Shown here piece after piece: positions 1 through 13,215 of a DNA stretch of 64,000 nt (position 1 is the first letter of the stretch; every line of letters begins with the position of its first letter). The translations under genes were made by a program, and so were the position numbers. The notes under the pieces are model-generated. The model was given only the letters and a program-made list of their open reading frames with translations. It searched no databases and had not been told where the DNA came from. The stretch is from an uncultured Acidobacteriota bacterium (GTDB lineage: Bacteria; Acidobacteriota; Blastocatellia; RBC074), in the NCBI GenBank assembly GCA_963796275.1, contig CAWCKY010000006.1, positions 1,568,001 to 1,632,000 of the forward strand, in the 5' to 3' direction.

Positions 1-151
1 TGTTGAATGAAGTCTGGGGTTACACGCAATGCCCGCCACACGAACGGTCGACGTCCACGTCGCCTGGCTGCGGCAGAAACTGGAGCCGAACCCCCGCCAC
101 CCCCAATACATCCTGACCGTCCATGGCATGGGATATAAATTTATCGGTTAA
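1..151 (+). CDS. 3' end of OmpR/PhoB-family response regulator (winged-helix domain); partial, with apparent 1-nt deletion near 24
   Basis: Manual translation: LNEVWGY (frame from nt 3), then [41 protein letters not shown]-stop (frame from nt 26, TAA 149-151). Typical OmpR C-terminal motif; not in the ORF track. Confidence 0.9.
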
Positions 152-167
152 AGCTCGCCAATTCATT

Positions 168-243
168 GCGGATAAACAGGGATGCGACGGATATTTACGG
201 AATTTTATCCGTCATAACCCGTCGCACCCCAGCAAATCCGCGG
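168..243. repeat. Imperfect intergenic inverted repeat between convergent genes (possible bidirectional terminator)
   Basis: Left arm gcggataaacagggatgcgacggat pairs imperfectly with atccgtcataacccgtcgcacccc...atccgc. Confidence 0.55.
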
Positions 244-262
244 ATGAGCAGAAAACTCCGGC

Positions 263-541
263 TCATGCCGCCACACAAACGTTCTCGTCATTCACCGGCA
301 GATTAAGGAGCTGATCGTTATCGCAATTAGAATTGATGTAACACAGGATGTCATCGTGGGTTTTTATCTTGCCATCCTGGTAGGTTTCTAAGAATTGATT
401 GATAGTTTCCGTCGCGCTCGCTTCATCCTTATGTGTGCCCAGACAGATCGTATTGCTTCTGTCCAGACTCACGCAGGTGCGATATAGACCGGAGGTGTAC
501 TGCCTGACAACGCAGGCTATGAGCTCTTTACGGGGCTCCAT
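263..541 (-). CDS. Small hypothetical protein (92 aa) ending in an ssrA-tag-like peptide
   Basis: ATG at 541 preceded by AGGAAGG SD; [15 protein letters not shown]...[12 protein letters not shown]. The ORF-track start at 604 is probably too far upstream. Confidence 0.6.
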   Translation of the reverse strand: MEPRKELIACVVRQYTSGLYRTCVSLDRSNTICLGTHKDEASATETINQFLETYQDGKIKTHDDILCYINSNCDNDQLLNLPVNDENVCVAA

Positions 542-956
542 AGGATAAACCTTCCTTTCGTTGGCTGATAACTGGTTGAACCAAAAAGACACAGATCCCC
601 GCATCAGCTGTTTACGTGGATCTTGTCAGTGACTCTACTAAAGTTGGATAGTCGCGATATGCATCACGCTCTTCGTACCCAAGAGGTTTCAAAAAATTGT
701 TACGCGTCGGTAGGTTGAGCAAAAGATTACCGGTGGCCCGGCAGGCGATCGTTCCCGTAAGAATCGGATCGGTTAACGTTCCACGAGGCTGTTTAACAGG
801 TAGAGCAGTTACAACGTTTCAATCTTTTCCATTTTGATTTAGCATACCCTTGACGTGTCACTAACATGGCACGCCGGCGTTCCCGGTCACGAACGCTGCC
901 AACCTTAAATTTAAACTCAGAGAATATGAGTCCGTCTCTTGAAAGGAGATATGTCC

Positions 957-3062
<2,106 letters not shown>

Positions 3063-3079
3063 CGAATAACATAGATATT

Positions 3080-3197
3080 TAGACGCAATTCAGGGGATTT
3101 AGATAGGATTGGCAGGGGCTTTCAGGGATTACCTCAATTCCAGTATAACCCTGAAAAATCCTGCCAATCCTGTCTAAATCCCGTGAAATCATGTCTA
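3080..3197. repeat. Long imperfect inverted repeat built of ~9-nt CAGGATT-like units
   Basis: gatttagataggattggcagg...ttcaggg vs ccctgaaaaatcctgccaatcctgtctaaatc. Confidence 0.7.
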
Positions 3198-3240
3198 ATT
3201 CACAGTGCTCCATTCTGAAAATACTATATAATTCGCATGC

Positions 3241-5436
3241 ATGATCCGCTTTGAAGATGTAGAAAGAAAGGTGGAACGGTATCATCCTGACTCCGATTTA
3301 GATCTGCTTCGCCGCGCTTACATATATTCGGCCAAGGAGCACAAAGACCAGGTGCGTGCTTCTGGGGAGCCATATCTGATCCACCCGCTTACTGTTGCAG
3401 AGATCCTCGCTGATCTGAAACTCGACGTGGAAACGGTCAGTACCGGACTCCTGCACGATGTTGTCGAGGACACGCTGGTGACGCTCGACGAGATAAAGGC
3501 GACTTTTGGCGAGAGGGTCGCTCATCTGGTCGATGGTGTGACCAAGATCAGCAACCTCGGCAAGAAGATGTCGCGTGAGGAGGTGGAGGCCGAGAGTCTG
3601 CGAAAAATGGTGCTGGCGATGGTGGACGACATCAGGATCGTCCTCGTCAAACTGGCGGACCGGCTCCACAACATGCGTACCCTGCAATACCTCAGGCCGG
3701 AGAAACGCCGCCGGATTGCGCAGGAAACTCTCGAGGTCTATGCGCCGATCGCTCATCGCCTCGGGATGAGCAAGATCCGCGCCGAACTGGAAGACCTCGC
3801 GTTCCAATATCTGGATCCGGAAAGTTACAACCGGCTGAAAGAGGAAGTCGAGAAACGCCGCGCCGCGACCGAAGCTTTCCTCGAGGAAGTGAGGACACAG
3901 ATCACCGACCGTATGACCGATGAAGGAGTGCCGTTCATGCGGATCGAAGGGCGGATCAAACGCTTATACAGTATTCATCTCAAACTCAAGCGGCAGAAGA
4001 TACCGGTCGATAAGGTATATGACCTGGCTGCGGTGCGGATCATCACGCGGGATTTGCGCGACTGTTATTACGCGCTCGGGGTGATGCACAAATATTGGAG
4101 GCCGTTTCAGGACCGGATCAAAGACTTCATCGCCAACCCGCGGGAGAACGGTTATCAATCGCTGCACACCTCGGTGATCGGCGATGAGGGGCATCACTTC
4201 GAAGTGCAGATCCGCACGGAGGAGATGCATCGCATTGCCGAAGAGGGGATTGCGGCGCACTGGAAGTACAAGGAAGGCGTCGGCGGGGATACGCACGAAG
4301 ATGAGATGATGAAATGGCTGCGCCGCCTGGTCGAAGGGCAACAGGACACGACCGATGCGCGCGATTTCATCGATTCATTCAAACTCGATCTCTACCCGAA
4401 AGAGGTCTATGCGTTCAGCCCCAAGGGCCGGGTGATCCAACTGCAGCGCAATGCGACTCCGGTCGATTTCGCTTACGCTATCCACTCTGAAGTTGGCGAT
4501 CAGTGTACGGGGGCGAAGGTCAACGGCCGCATAGTCCCGCTCAAGTATCAGATTCAGAATGGCGATGTGATCGAAGTCATCACCACTCCCGGTCATAAGC
4601 CCAGCCGCGATTGGCTCAACTTCGCCGTCACATCGCGGGCCCGGACCAAGATCAAGCACTGGATCGCCGAAAAGCAGCGATCTGAATCGATCGAGGTGGG
4701 GCGTAAGATATTCGAGAAAGAAGCCGCGCGTCTGCAGCTCAAGACGAAGCGCGTCCTGGAAGACCCGCAGATCGCACGGTTTCTCAGCGACAACGGCTAC
4801 CCGAAGATAGAAGATATGTTTGCTGCGATCGGGTATGGGAAGCTGACCGCGCGCTCGGTTCTGGTCCGGTTAGTCCCGGAAGATGAATTGGCTCAGATAG
4901 ATCAGGGCGGGACTTCGCGTCTGCAGCAGATGACGAAGGTGGTCAAGCGTGCGCTGCGCCTGGGGGATGACCGGATCGCGATCAAGGGCGTCGATGACGT
5001 CATGGTTTATCGCGCGCCGTGCTGCAATCCGATCCGCGGTGAGGAGATCACCGGATACATCACAAGGGGGAAAGGCGTCGCGGTGCATACCAAACGATGC
5101 AAGAATGTGGCGAATCTGCTCGTCAATCGCGAACGCATCATTGAAGTGACATGGATCGGCGAAAGCGGCAGCGAGCCCTATGCCGTGAAGCTCTCTGTCA
5201 TCACCGAGGATCGGCAGGGACAGCTCGCAGCTCTGACGAACGCCATCGCGAATATCAAAACCAATATCCGCGACGCTCGCACCGATGACAACAGTTACAC
5301 CGATGGCGTGCGAAGAATAGACCTCACCGTCGATATTACGGATTTGAAGCATCTGGAACGCGTGGCGAGCGCAATCAAAGGCGTCGAGGGTGTGATTGAA
5401 GTCGAGCGTCTCATCGCATATCCACAAGGAAATTGA
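3241..5436 (+). CDS. rel: Bifunctional (p)ppGpp synthetase/hydrolase, RelA/SpoT family
   Basis: R.SGEPY..HP, LHDVVEDT (HD), KLADRLHNMRTL, GRIKRLYSI, NGYQSLHT, EVQIRT, GIAAHWKYK, TGS (ATPVDFAY.IHS), ZFD (CCNPI.G) and ACT domains. Confidence 0.97.
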   Translation: MIRFEDVERKVERYHPDSDLDLLRRAYIYSAKEHKDQVRASGEPYLIHPLTVAEILADLKLDVETVSTGLLHDVVEDTLVTLDEIKATFGERVAHLVDGVTKISNLGKKMSREEVEAESLRKMVLAMVDDIRIVLVKLADRLHNMRTLQYLRPEKRRRIAQETLEVYAPIAHRLGMSKIRAELEDLAFQYLDPESYNRLKEEVEKRRAATEAFLEEVRTQITDRMTDEGVPFMRIEGRIKRLYSIHLKLKRQKIPVDKVYDLAAVRIITRDLRDCYYALGVMHKYWRPFQDRIKDFIANPRENGYQSLHTSVIGDEGHHFEVQIRTEEMHRIAEEGIAAHWKYKEGVGGDTHEDEMMKWLRRLVEGQQDTTDARDFIDSFKLDLYPKEVYAFSPKGRVIQLQRNATPVDFAYAIHSEVGDQCTGAKVNGRIVPLKYQIQNGDVIEVITTPGHKPSRDWLNFAVTSRARTKIKHWIAEKQRSESIEVGRKIFEKEAARLQLKTKRVLEDPQIARFLSDNGYPKIEDMFAAIGYGKLTARSVLVRLVPEDELAQIDQGGTSRLQQMTKVVKRALRLGDDRIAIKGVDDVMVYRAPCCNPIRGEEITGYITRGKGVAVHTKRCKNVANLLVNRERIIEVTWIGESGSEPYAVKLSVITEDRQGQLAALTNAIANIKTNIRDARTDDNSYTDGVRRIDLTVDITDLKHLERVASAIKGVEGVIEVERLIAYPQGN

Positions 5437-5452
5437 ACGAGGAAAACCAGAA

Positions 5453-5830
5453 ATGATAGAAAGCATACGGACTGACCGGGCGCCGCAGGCCATCGGTCCC
5501 TATTCACAGGCCGTCAAGGCCAACGGGATGATCTTTGCTTCGGGGCAGATACCGCTCGATCCGGAGACGATGCAGATCATCGATGGGGATATCCGAGCAC
5601 AGACCGAACGGGTGTTGGCCAACATCAGGGCTGTTCTGGAAGCGGCCGGCACCTCGCCCGACCGCGTAGTCAAGACAACGGTCTATCTGCTCGATATGAA
5701 CGATTTCGCTGCCATGAATGACGTTTATTCGGCATTTTTCGCCTCCAATCGTCCGGCTCGCTCGACGGTGCAGGCCGCTCGTCTGCCTCGGGACGCTCGC
5801 GTCGAAATAGATGTCATCGCACTTGCGTGA
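5453..5830 (+). CDS. ridA: RidA/YjgF family enamine/imine deaminase
   Basis: APQAIGPYSQAV, SGQIPLDP, VVKTTVYL, F..MN.VY, RPARSTVQ..LP...VEID; ATG at 5453. Confidence 0.95.
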   Translation: MIESIRTDRAPQAIGPYSQAVKANGMIFASGQIPLDPETMQIIDGDIRAQTERVLANIRAVLEAAGTSPDRVVKTTVYLLDMNDFAAMNDVYSAFFASNRPARSTVQAARLPRDARVEIDVIALA

Positions 5831-5867
5831 GGACGAGGTTTAAAATATTGTGCCTTGGTTTTTACAG

Positions 5868-5958
5868 GATTCACCACAAAATTCACAGAATTTCACCAAA
5901 GGAAAAATGCTCTCTTCTGTGTCGATGGTCGGTTCGTCTGTGAATTTTGTGGTGAATC
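5868..5958. repeat. Perfect 22-bp inverted repeat with 47-nt spacer
   Basis: gattcaccacaaaattcacaga (5868-5889) is the exact reverse complement of tctgtgaattttgtggtgaatc (5937-5958). Confidence 0.85.
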
Positions 5959-5988
5959 TCTCAAATTTCGATAAGGAGCTAATACACA

Positions 5989-7118
5989 GTGGGTAAGATA
6001 CTGATTCCACATTTCTTAGTAGCGTTCGTGCTGGTTGTTTCATCTTGTAGCGGTGGAACGAGCAGCGGCGCGAGCGGCAGCGATGATGTCGCCGCCGTAG
6101 TCAATGGTACGAAAATCCTGGTGAAAGACGTCGACCGCGTGATCGCCCAGCAGTCTCGCGATCAGGAGAACCAGCTCTCACAGCTTCAGAAAGCGGCCTA
6201 TCGCCTGCAGGCACTCGAGACGCTGATCAATCAGGAAGTGCTCTTTCAACGTGCGCAGGAAGATAAGATCGCACCGACCGATGACGAGATCAGACAATAC
6301 ATCCAGAGGTACAAACAGGATAATGGTTTTACCGAGGAGGCGTTCGCAAACGAGCTTAAACGGACCAACCAGACGGAAGATCAGTTCCGGGATTTCGTGA
6401 AGAAACAGCTCGCCATCCAGAAGCTATATGAGAAGTCCGACTCTCAGCTTAAAGTGCAGGACCGCGAGGTCGCTGAAGTTTTCAATACCAATCCGAAACA
6501 ATTCTCGATTCAGCCTGGCGTCGCGGTCTCCGACATCATCATCGATCCGCGAGAGAATGGGATGAAGTTCGACGCACAGGGCGATGCCGCCGCCGAACAG
6601 CGGGTCCGCGAGATCCACACGCGGCTCAAGAACGGGTCTGATTTTGCCACCAACGCGCGACAGTTCTCAGAGCACCAGAGCGCCATGCAGAGCGGCGATC
6701 TGGGATTTCTGCCGCAGAGCGGATTTTCGAAATTGCCGGAGGTCATGGGATTGCCCGCTCAGCTCGGAGATAGATTGATGTCGATGAAAGAGGGTGACAT
6801 AACCGAGCCGATCAGGGATACGCAAAGCCGCTGGCACATCTTCAAACTGACGGCCAAGCAGACCGAGAGCCGCGATCGTACCCTTGATGATCAGAGCGTG
6901 AGGAAGGAATCTCCGACGCCATCCTGGCGCAGCGCAAACAGGTAGTGGCTGCCGCGCTCCAGGCCAAGGCGCGCGACGATGCGGAGATCGAGAACTACCT
7001 GGCGGGAAAGATGCTCGAAAACCCCAACAGCTTTGGCGTCCTGCGCCCGGTACCCGCTGCGACCTCAGGCGAATCGCAACAAGCTTCACCAACGCCGGCG
7101 GCTTCGACAAACCCGTAA
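5989..7118 (+). CDS. SurA/PrsA-like parvulin peptidyl-prolyl isomerase lipoprotein; frameshift near 6910
   Basis: Lipobox VVSSC; SurA N-domain (AAVVNGTKI, LETLINQEVL); rotamase DFAT.ARQFSE...GDLGF, HIFKL. Adding one A at gaa(a)tc continues as ISDAILAQRKQ...AEIENYLA...TNP-stop at 7118. Confidence 0.85.
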
Positions 7119-7230
7119 TATCAGGGACTGAAAGAAGTCATATGAAAATAAGTGAGCCGGTCAATACCCAAGCGTTATTAAACGGGTCGAAGCTGACGCT
7201 CACCACAGTTGTAACGAATGAACCAGTTTA

Positions 7231-7472
7231 AGCTCCCGCAGGGCGGCGATATAACTGGCAGGGGGGTGAACCCCTGGAATGTCCACGAGCAAGCATCAAA
7301 CTCTGAAAGGCGCAATAACCGCACTTTATTGCGGCTATTATCTTGCCAGCTGGCATGCTGATTAATTTGGCCGGGGAAATGACATAGGCAAGGTAGTAAA
7401 AGAGGGGGAAGCGAGTGGCGAATTTTCCAGGGTTTCACCCCTAACCGTTAAAAATGCGGCTTCATAGGAGCT
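7231..7472. repeat. Degenerate REP/REPIN-like palindromic element
   Basis: Ends agctcc...ggagct; inner inverted pair ggggtgaacccctggaa / ttccagggtttcacccc; central gcaataa...ttattgc. Confidence 0.55.
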
Positions 7473-7498
7473 CAAGACCGCATCACTGAATCCGAGCT

Positions 7499-9394
7499 AT
7501 GCTTTTTCGTCTCAACGATGTGACCAAATCCTACGGCGCACAAGAGGTTTTGTGCGGCGTCGGTTTTCAGCTCAATCCCGGCGAGCACGTCGGATTGGTT
7601 GGCCGCAACGGTGCCGGCAAGACGACTATTCTCCGGCTGATCTCCGGATCCGAGACGGCAGATAGCGGTGTGGTCGATCGGCTGCGCGGACTTCGGACCG
7701 GCGTCCTCGCGCAACACGTCGACTTCGCCGGGCAGAAGACCGTAATGGATGCGGCATTGGAAGTCTTTGAAAAATTGCGGGCGCTCGAGGCTAAGATGCG
7801 CGAGCTGGAGCATCGCATGACGGAAAGCGCAGGCGAGGAGCTGGAGCGCGTCATGGATGCCTATAGCGAGGCCCAGCACGCCTACGAACACGACGGCGGT
7901 TTCAGCTATCACGCGCGCGCCGAATCGGTGCTGCTCGGCCTCGGTTTTACGAAAGATGAATTTGAGAAGTCCGCTGAGAGTCTCTCCGGCGGCGAGAAGA
8001 ACCGGCTCGGGTTAGCCCGTCTATTGCTGCTCGAACCCGATATCTTATTACTCGATGAGCCGACCAACCACCTCGATGTCGAGGCGGTCGAGTGGCTCGA
8101 GGAGTTCCTCGCGGAATATCGATCGGCTTATCTGATCATCTCGCACGACCGGTTCTTTCTGGACCACACGGTGAATCGCGTGCTCGATCTGGAAAATGGC
8201 AGAGTCGAAAGTTACCGGGGAAACTACAGCGATTATCTGGTGGAAAAAGAAGAGCGGCGCGAGCAGCAATTGAAGGCCTACGAGCAGCAGCAGGAGCTCA
8301 TCGCGAAGACGGAGGAGTTCATTCGCCGAAACCTGGCGGGCCAGAAGACCAAACAAGCCAAATCGCGGCGGAACATGCTGGAACGGATGGAGCGCGTCGA
8401 TAACGTCAACAGCCTGGATGCCGCGAATTTCAAGCTCAAGCCGGCGGCGCGCACCGGCGATCAGGTGCTGGTCCTCGAAAAGTTAGCGATAGGATTCCCA
8501 TCCCGTACTCTCGCACGGAACCTCTCGTTGATGCTCCGGCGGGGCGAGCGATTGGGCATCATCGGCGGCAATGGTACGGGGAAGACGACACTACTGCGAA
8601 CGGTTCTGGGCGAGCACAGCGCGCTCGATGGCGAAGCGCGTTGGGGCTCCGGCGTCAATATTGGTTATTACGATCAAAGGCTCTTATGCATCGATGAACG
8701 GAACACAGTCATCGATGAGCTGCGCACAGTCGCATCGTCTTCCGTCACCGACGGCGAGCTGCGCGGTTTCCTCGGAAGATTCCTATTTACGGGAGATGAC
8801 GCGTTCAAGCCGGTGTCTGCATTATCGGGAGGGGAGAAAGGGAGGCTCTCGCTCGCGAAGCTCATCTATTCGCATGCCAACGTCCTGGTGCTGGACGAGC
8901 CGACGAACCACCTCGACATCTCATCACGCGAGGCCCTCGAATCCGCGTTGAACGAATATGGCGGCACGATCATCACAGTCTCGCACGATCGCTATTTCCT
9001 CGACCGCGTTGCTACGCAGATTCTTTTCTTCGGGGATAAAGGGGTCGAACACTTCGACGGAAGTTACAGCGAGTTTTATCGGGCTCATCATCAGGTTCTC
9101 GCTGAAAAGCAGGCGAGGGAACTCGAGGCGCAAAAAAACGTGCGCGCCACTCGGAAATCTCAGGCGGTGACGAAGAAAGCCAAACGTAAGGAGCCGGCCG
9201 CAGAGGAGATCGAAGCGGAGATTCAATCTGTGGAAGCGGAACAACAGGAGATCGTCGCGCTGCTCTCTTCAGAAGAAGTTGCTCGCGACAGGGATCGGTT
9301 GTTTGAGTTGAGTGAAAAATATCAAGCTCTTGATGATCGCCTCAAGGAACTCTATGAGAGTTGGGATGCCGCGCTCAAGGCGGATAAGGTTTGA
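7499..9394 (+). CDS. ABC-F family ATPase (YheS/Uup/YdiF-like)
   Basis: Two ABC domains (GRNGAGKTT, LSGGEK, LLDEPTNHLD; GGNGTGKTT, LSGGEKGR, VLDEPTNHLD), inter-domain linker KQAKSR, C-terminal coiled coil, no TM helices. Confidence 0.95.
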   Translation: MLFRLNDVTKSYGAQEVLCGVGFQLNPGEHVGLVGRNGAGKTTILRLISGSETADSGVVDRLRGLRTGVLAQHVDFAGQKTVMDAALEVFEKLRALEAKMRELEHRMTESAGEELERVMDAYSEAQHAYEHDGGFSYHARAESVLLGLGFTKDEFEKSAESLSGGEKNRLGLARLLLLEPDILLLDEPTNHLDVEAVEWLEEFLAEYRSAYLIISHDRFFLDHTVNRVLDLENGRVESYRGNYSDYLVEKEERREQQLKAYEQQQELIAKTEEFIRRNLAGQKTKQAKSRRNMLERMERVDNVNSLDAANFKLKPAARTGDQVLVLEKLAIGFPSRTLARNLSLMLRRGERLGIIGGNGTGKTTLLRTVLGEHSALDGEARWGSGVNIGYYDQRLLCIDERNTVIDELRTVASSSVTDGELRGFLGRFLFTGDDAFKPVSALSGGEKGRLSLAKLIYSHANVLVLDEPTNHLDISSREALESALNEYGGTIITVSHDRYFLDRVATQILFFGDKGVEHFDGSYSEFYRAHHQVLAEKQARELEAQKNVRATRKSQAVTKKAKRKEPAAEEIEAEIQSVEAEQQEIVALLSSEEVARDRDRLFELSEKYQALDDRLKELYESWDAALKADKV

Positions 9395-9485
9395 CGTAAC
9401 CCGGCGACGAAGAAGGGACATCTGACCGATCAGCTCGATGTTCTTCGAGCGATAAATGCATCCCGTTACCTGAAAGTGCATGGCA

Positions 9486-9594
9486 TTGAATTAAGGGTCG
9501 ATTACATCAAGGGCCTAATTAATAATAGCCAGGGGTTACGCGCTGCCGCTCCACCCATGGCTATTTTATTCCGCGCCTTCGTCGCTTAATTCAA
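9486..9594. repeat. REP-like palindromic element between convergent genes
   Basis: Terminal 10-bp IR ttgaattaag/cttaattcaa enclosing the aatagccagggg...cccatggctatt hairpin. Confidence 0.55.
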
Positions 9595-9612
9595 GGGACC
9601 GGATCCGGCGTA

Positions 9613-10989
9613 TTACCTCAGCGAACTGATCTCCTCGAAATACTTGACGAACATCTTGATACCGCCCGATGCCTGCCGCCAGTCATAATTTTCATTCTTC
9701 GCGTGATAACCATGCTCGGGCAGGCTCAGGCCCAGGAAGATGATCGGGGCTTTGATCTGTTTCTGCAGCGTGACGACCGCGCCGATAGACCCGCCCTCTC
9801 GTGTGAATGCTGGCTCTTTTCCGAATGCGAATTTCATCGCCGTGCTCGCGGCATCGGCGAAGGGGCCGGAGAAATCGCCGAGAAACGGTTCGAGCGCCTG
9901 GATCGGTTCAACCTTCACATCCGGATTGATCTTCTTGACGAAATCTTTTACCAGCTTCGCGATCTTGGTCGCTTTCTGGCCGGGCACGAGCCGCGTGCTG
10001 ATCTTCGCTTCGGCATGGTAGGGCACGATGGTTTTGACTCCGGGACCGTTATAACCGCCGGTGATGCCGTGAACTTCGAAGGTCGGCAACGCCATAAACG
10101 CCTTGAGAACTTCGGCCTCCGTCTTCAAATGCGGCCTTATCGATTTGAGTTCGTGCGCTTTCTGATACCCCTTGGTCGTGAAACCGGAATTAACGAAACT
10201 GGCGACCTCCGACTTCGTCGCGGGATTGACGTCATCATAGAAACCCGGGATTTTTACTCTACCCGTCCGGGCGTCATAGCACTGGCTGATGACCTGTGCC
10301 AGTTCGCCGATCGGGTTGCGCGCGACGCCGCCGACCAGCCCCGAATGCACGTCTTTAGCGTGCGTCTCTAGCTTGAAGAGAAACGCTTGCAGACCGCGTA
10401 AGCCGTAAGGTACCGCCGGCTGCTTGCGCGAGATCCAGATCGTGTCCGAAACCAGAAATGAATCGGTCGCCAAACGGCCCTTGTGCTTTTTGACGAAATA
10501 TTCGAAGTTGGGACTGCCGATTTCCTCTTCGAGCTCCCAGATGAATTTGAAGTTGAGCGGCAGATTGTTATCCACCGCGTAGCGAACTGCTAGCATGGCG
10601 GTCAACGCCGGGCCTTTGTCGTCCGTCGTGCCTCGTCCTTCGTAGCGGCCGTTATCCTTGAAGAAGGTGAACGGCGCCTTATTCCATTCGGAAGGGTCGG
10701 CCGGCTGAACGTCGAGGTGGTTGTAAATCGTAACAGTCGGATTTTTAGGATCGGTAATGAGTGATCCGAAGACTACCGGATTGCCGGGAGTCGATACGGC
10801 CTCGGCCTCCGCGCCCATGTCGCGCAGATATTGCATCGCCACCTCGCCGCATCCCGTGATATCGGGTTTATGTGAAGGATCGCTGCTGACGCTGGGAAGT
10901 TCGACGAGCTCCGCCAGCTTGTCTTCGAATTCAACGCGCGCGTTTTTGATATAGGTGTCGATGTTTTTATAAAGTCCGTTGTTTTTCAT
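9613..10989 (-). CDS. M20/M25/M40 family metallo-dipeptidase
   Basis: [46 protein letters not shown] motifs; likely start MKNNG at 10989. Confidence 0.92.
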   Translation of the reverse strand: MKNNGLYKNIDTYIKNARVEFEDKLAELVELPSVSSDPSHKPDITGCGEVAMQYLRDMGAEAEAVSTPGNPVVFGSLITDPKNPTVTIYNHLDVQPADPSEWNKAPFTFFKDNGRYEGRGTTDDKGPALTAMLAVRYAVDNNLPLNFKFIWELEEEIGSPNFEYFVKKHKGRLATDSFLVSDTIWISRKQPAVPYGLRGLQAFLFKLETHAKDVHSGLVGGVARNPIGELAQVISQCYDARTGRVKIPGFYDDVNPATKSEVASFVNSGFTTKGYQKAHELKSIRPHLKTEAEVLKAFMALPTFEVHGITGGYNGPGVKTIVPYHAEAKISTRLVPGQKATKIAKLVKDFVKKINPDVKVEPIQALEPFLGDFSGPFADAASTAMKFAFGKEPAFTREGGSIGAVVTLQKQIKAPIIFLGLSLPEHGYHAKNENYDWRQASGGIKMFVKYFEEISSLR

Positions 10990-11038
10990 ATTTATTTTCT
11001 CAATTTTATTTCTTGAATTTATTTTGAGCGAGAAGATA

Positions 11039-11120
11039 CACCACAAAAGTCACAAAAATACAAAAAACACAAATTTAGCCTCGATTTTTGTGTCGATCGT
11101 CTCCCGGTATTTCGTGGTGG
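11039..11120. repeat. Imperfect inverted repeat of CACAAAA-type ~9-mers
   Basis: caccacaaaagtcacaaaaatacaaaaaacacaaa ... tttgtgtc...tttcgtggtg. Confidence 0.5.
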
Positions 11121-11132
11121 ATTACTCTGAGG

Positions 11133-13197
11133 TTATTTATAGAACCGAACATTATCCAACTCCAGCCATACAAACGAGCCGGCGGGTCGCGCGACCTCGA
11201 AGCTGAGCATCAGCAGATCATCGCCCGTCCATTTCACCGCCATACTCGACCCTGCTTGCGTGAGCGATGAAAAATCTATGCTCACCGTCTTCCATTGCGA
11301 ATCGGCCTGGAAGGGTGCTTGAAAGTAGCCGGAGTCGCGGACGCCGTATGTCGGCACTATCAATCGATAAGCGCCATCTCCGCGCGCATCGAAACGCAGA
11401 CCGCGGAATTCGCGGGCATCGACCGGCTCGATAGCCCCGCGGCTCAGTGGAACAGTGATGCGGATGAATGGCCTGTCTTTCTCCGACATTTTGCCGGCGA
11501 TCGAGAGTGCGTTTTTCCCAGCTTCTCGAACGATCCTGCCATAGACCATGGACGACGGGTCGACGCCGGCATCGGTCGAGTTGACCCAGAGAGTGTCCAG
11601 ACGGCTGCGATCGGGCGAACCGTTGCCCCCCGGACTCTCGAAATCGTCGATCAGTTCACGCGCTTTGACCGCCGGAATGGCAGTTACCGCCGGCGACGCA
11701 ATCTCACGCGCCAGCTTTTCGCGATCGATCTCCCGCCCGCCGATGAAGACGCGCTGGATTCTCTCGATGTCGCGTATGTTATTGTGGGGCTCACCCTCTA
11801 CGAGTACCAGATCGGCGAGATTTCCCGCGACAATCGAACCGCGCTCGTGGGCGACCTTGATTGCTCGCGCCGCGTTGCCGGTCGCCGCCGTGATCGCTTC
11901 CAGTGGCGTTAACCCGCCGGCGACGAGCAATTGCAGTTCGCGCAGCGTAGCCCAGCCATGACGAGTCCCGGTCACGCCGGCATCGGTCCCCACTCCGAAA
12001 TTTATCCCGCCCTGGCGGAGGGCAGCTGTGTTCTCCTGCAGTATTTGCCAGCGCCGAGCCCGTGCAGATCGATCGGAGATCGCATCGGCGGCCGTTGCAG
12101 ATATAACTTCCGGAATCGGAAGAGGCGTAAGCGGCGGCTGAATCGCTGACAGCACGGAAGGAGCGAGTACCGATTCGAGCAGCGGCGTGAGGATAGCCCT
12201 GCTGCGGGGTTCGTATACGGCGAGCGTAGGCGCGTATGTCGTCCCCTTCTCCTTCATCAGTTTGATTACTTCATCGTCAACCGCTGCATCCCCGATGCCG
12301 TGAGCGATCACATCGACGCCTGAGCGCGCAGCGATCTTCGCTTTGTCCCGCGTAACCGTATGAGTTAAGACCTGGAGACCGTGCTTATGCGCCTCGTCGA
12401 CGAGGGCTCTCAGCGTCTCTTCGTTCATGTCCGTCATATCCGGCGCGGTCCCGTAACGCCAGCCGTCAGTGAATACTTTAATGACATCCGGTTGATAGGG
12501 TAGTACGCGGCGCACGGCCGCTCGCGCTTCGCGAGGCGTCGATACTGCGAGCGAGAAGAAATCGCCGCGGCCTCCCTCCGCGCCGTGGCCGCCCGGCGTC
12601 GTTATGCGAGCTGCCAGACTTATGTGGGGCGACTCTACCACCCCATTCCTGATCAACCGTCGCATCGGCTCGAACGTCTCAGCATAAGTGCCGAAATCGA
12701 CGACAGAAGTTATGCCGCAATACAGGTACGCTTTGAGATTTTTCGGCCAGTCACCGGCTACTCCGCTCGCCGTCGCGTAAGGCAGGTGCGTGTGAAGGTC
12801 GAACAGCCCGGGCAACAGCGTCTGCCCGTCGGCTTTGATTACGCGTGCGCCAGCGGGAATTTCAACTTTTGGTGCGACCGTTTCGATCCGGTCGCCGCGA
12901 ATGACTACCGCGGCGGGCACGGGCTTCGAACCAATGCCGTCGATGACAGTTGCCCCCGTGATGATAGTGACGTTGCGGGCGGGAGATGAGTTTTGTTGGC
13001 GACTATCGGAGGAATATGCGGAATATGCGGAATATAAGGTCGTGCTGAATATGACCCCCGGTAAGAGAAATATGATGTGAAAACAAAAAAGGCAGATAGT
13101 GGCAGAAACGATAAATGAATTTTTGCCAGGTTTACCCCGATTGCCCCGATTTGCCCCGTATACCGGGGTTGACGATTTTCGCCTTTATTAGTTCCAT
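11133..13197 (-). CDS. Secreted amidohydrolase (metal-dependent, imidazolonepropionase-like fold) with C-terminal CIA30/CBM11-like domain; probable frameshift near 13150
   Basis: [35 protein letters not shown]; C-terminal [10 protein letters not shown]...[11 protein letters not shown]...[10 protein letters not shown]. The frame stays open upstream of 12920 through a hydrophobic signal region; ATG at 13197 joins if one A is removed from the cggggcaaat repeat. Confidence 0.85.
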
Positions 13198-13215
13198 TCT
13201 CGTTCGCCTGATAGG

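Noticed and set aside
123-314. 63-aa plus-strand ORF
   Set aside because: Out of frame with the response-regulator end and runs through a hairpin into the convergent gene.
263-400. tmRNA gene on the minus strand (tag-like peptide)
   Set aside because: No tRNA-like 5' GGGG..GGATTCGA or 3' T-arm/CCA at suitable distances; the peptide ends a normal SD-led ORF.
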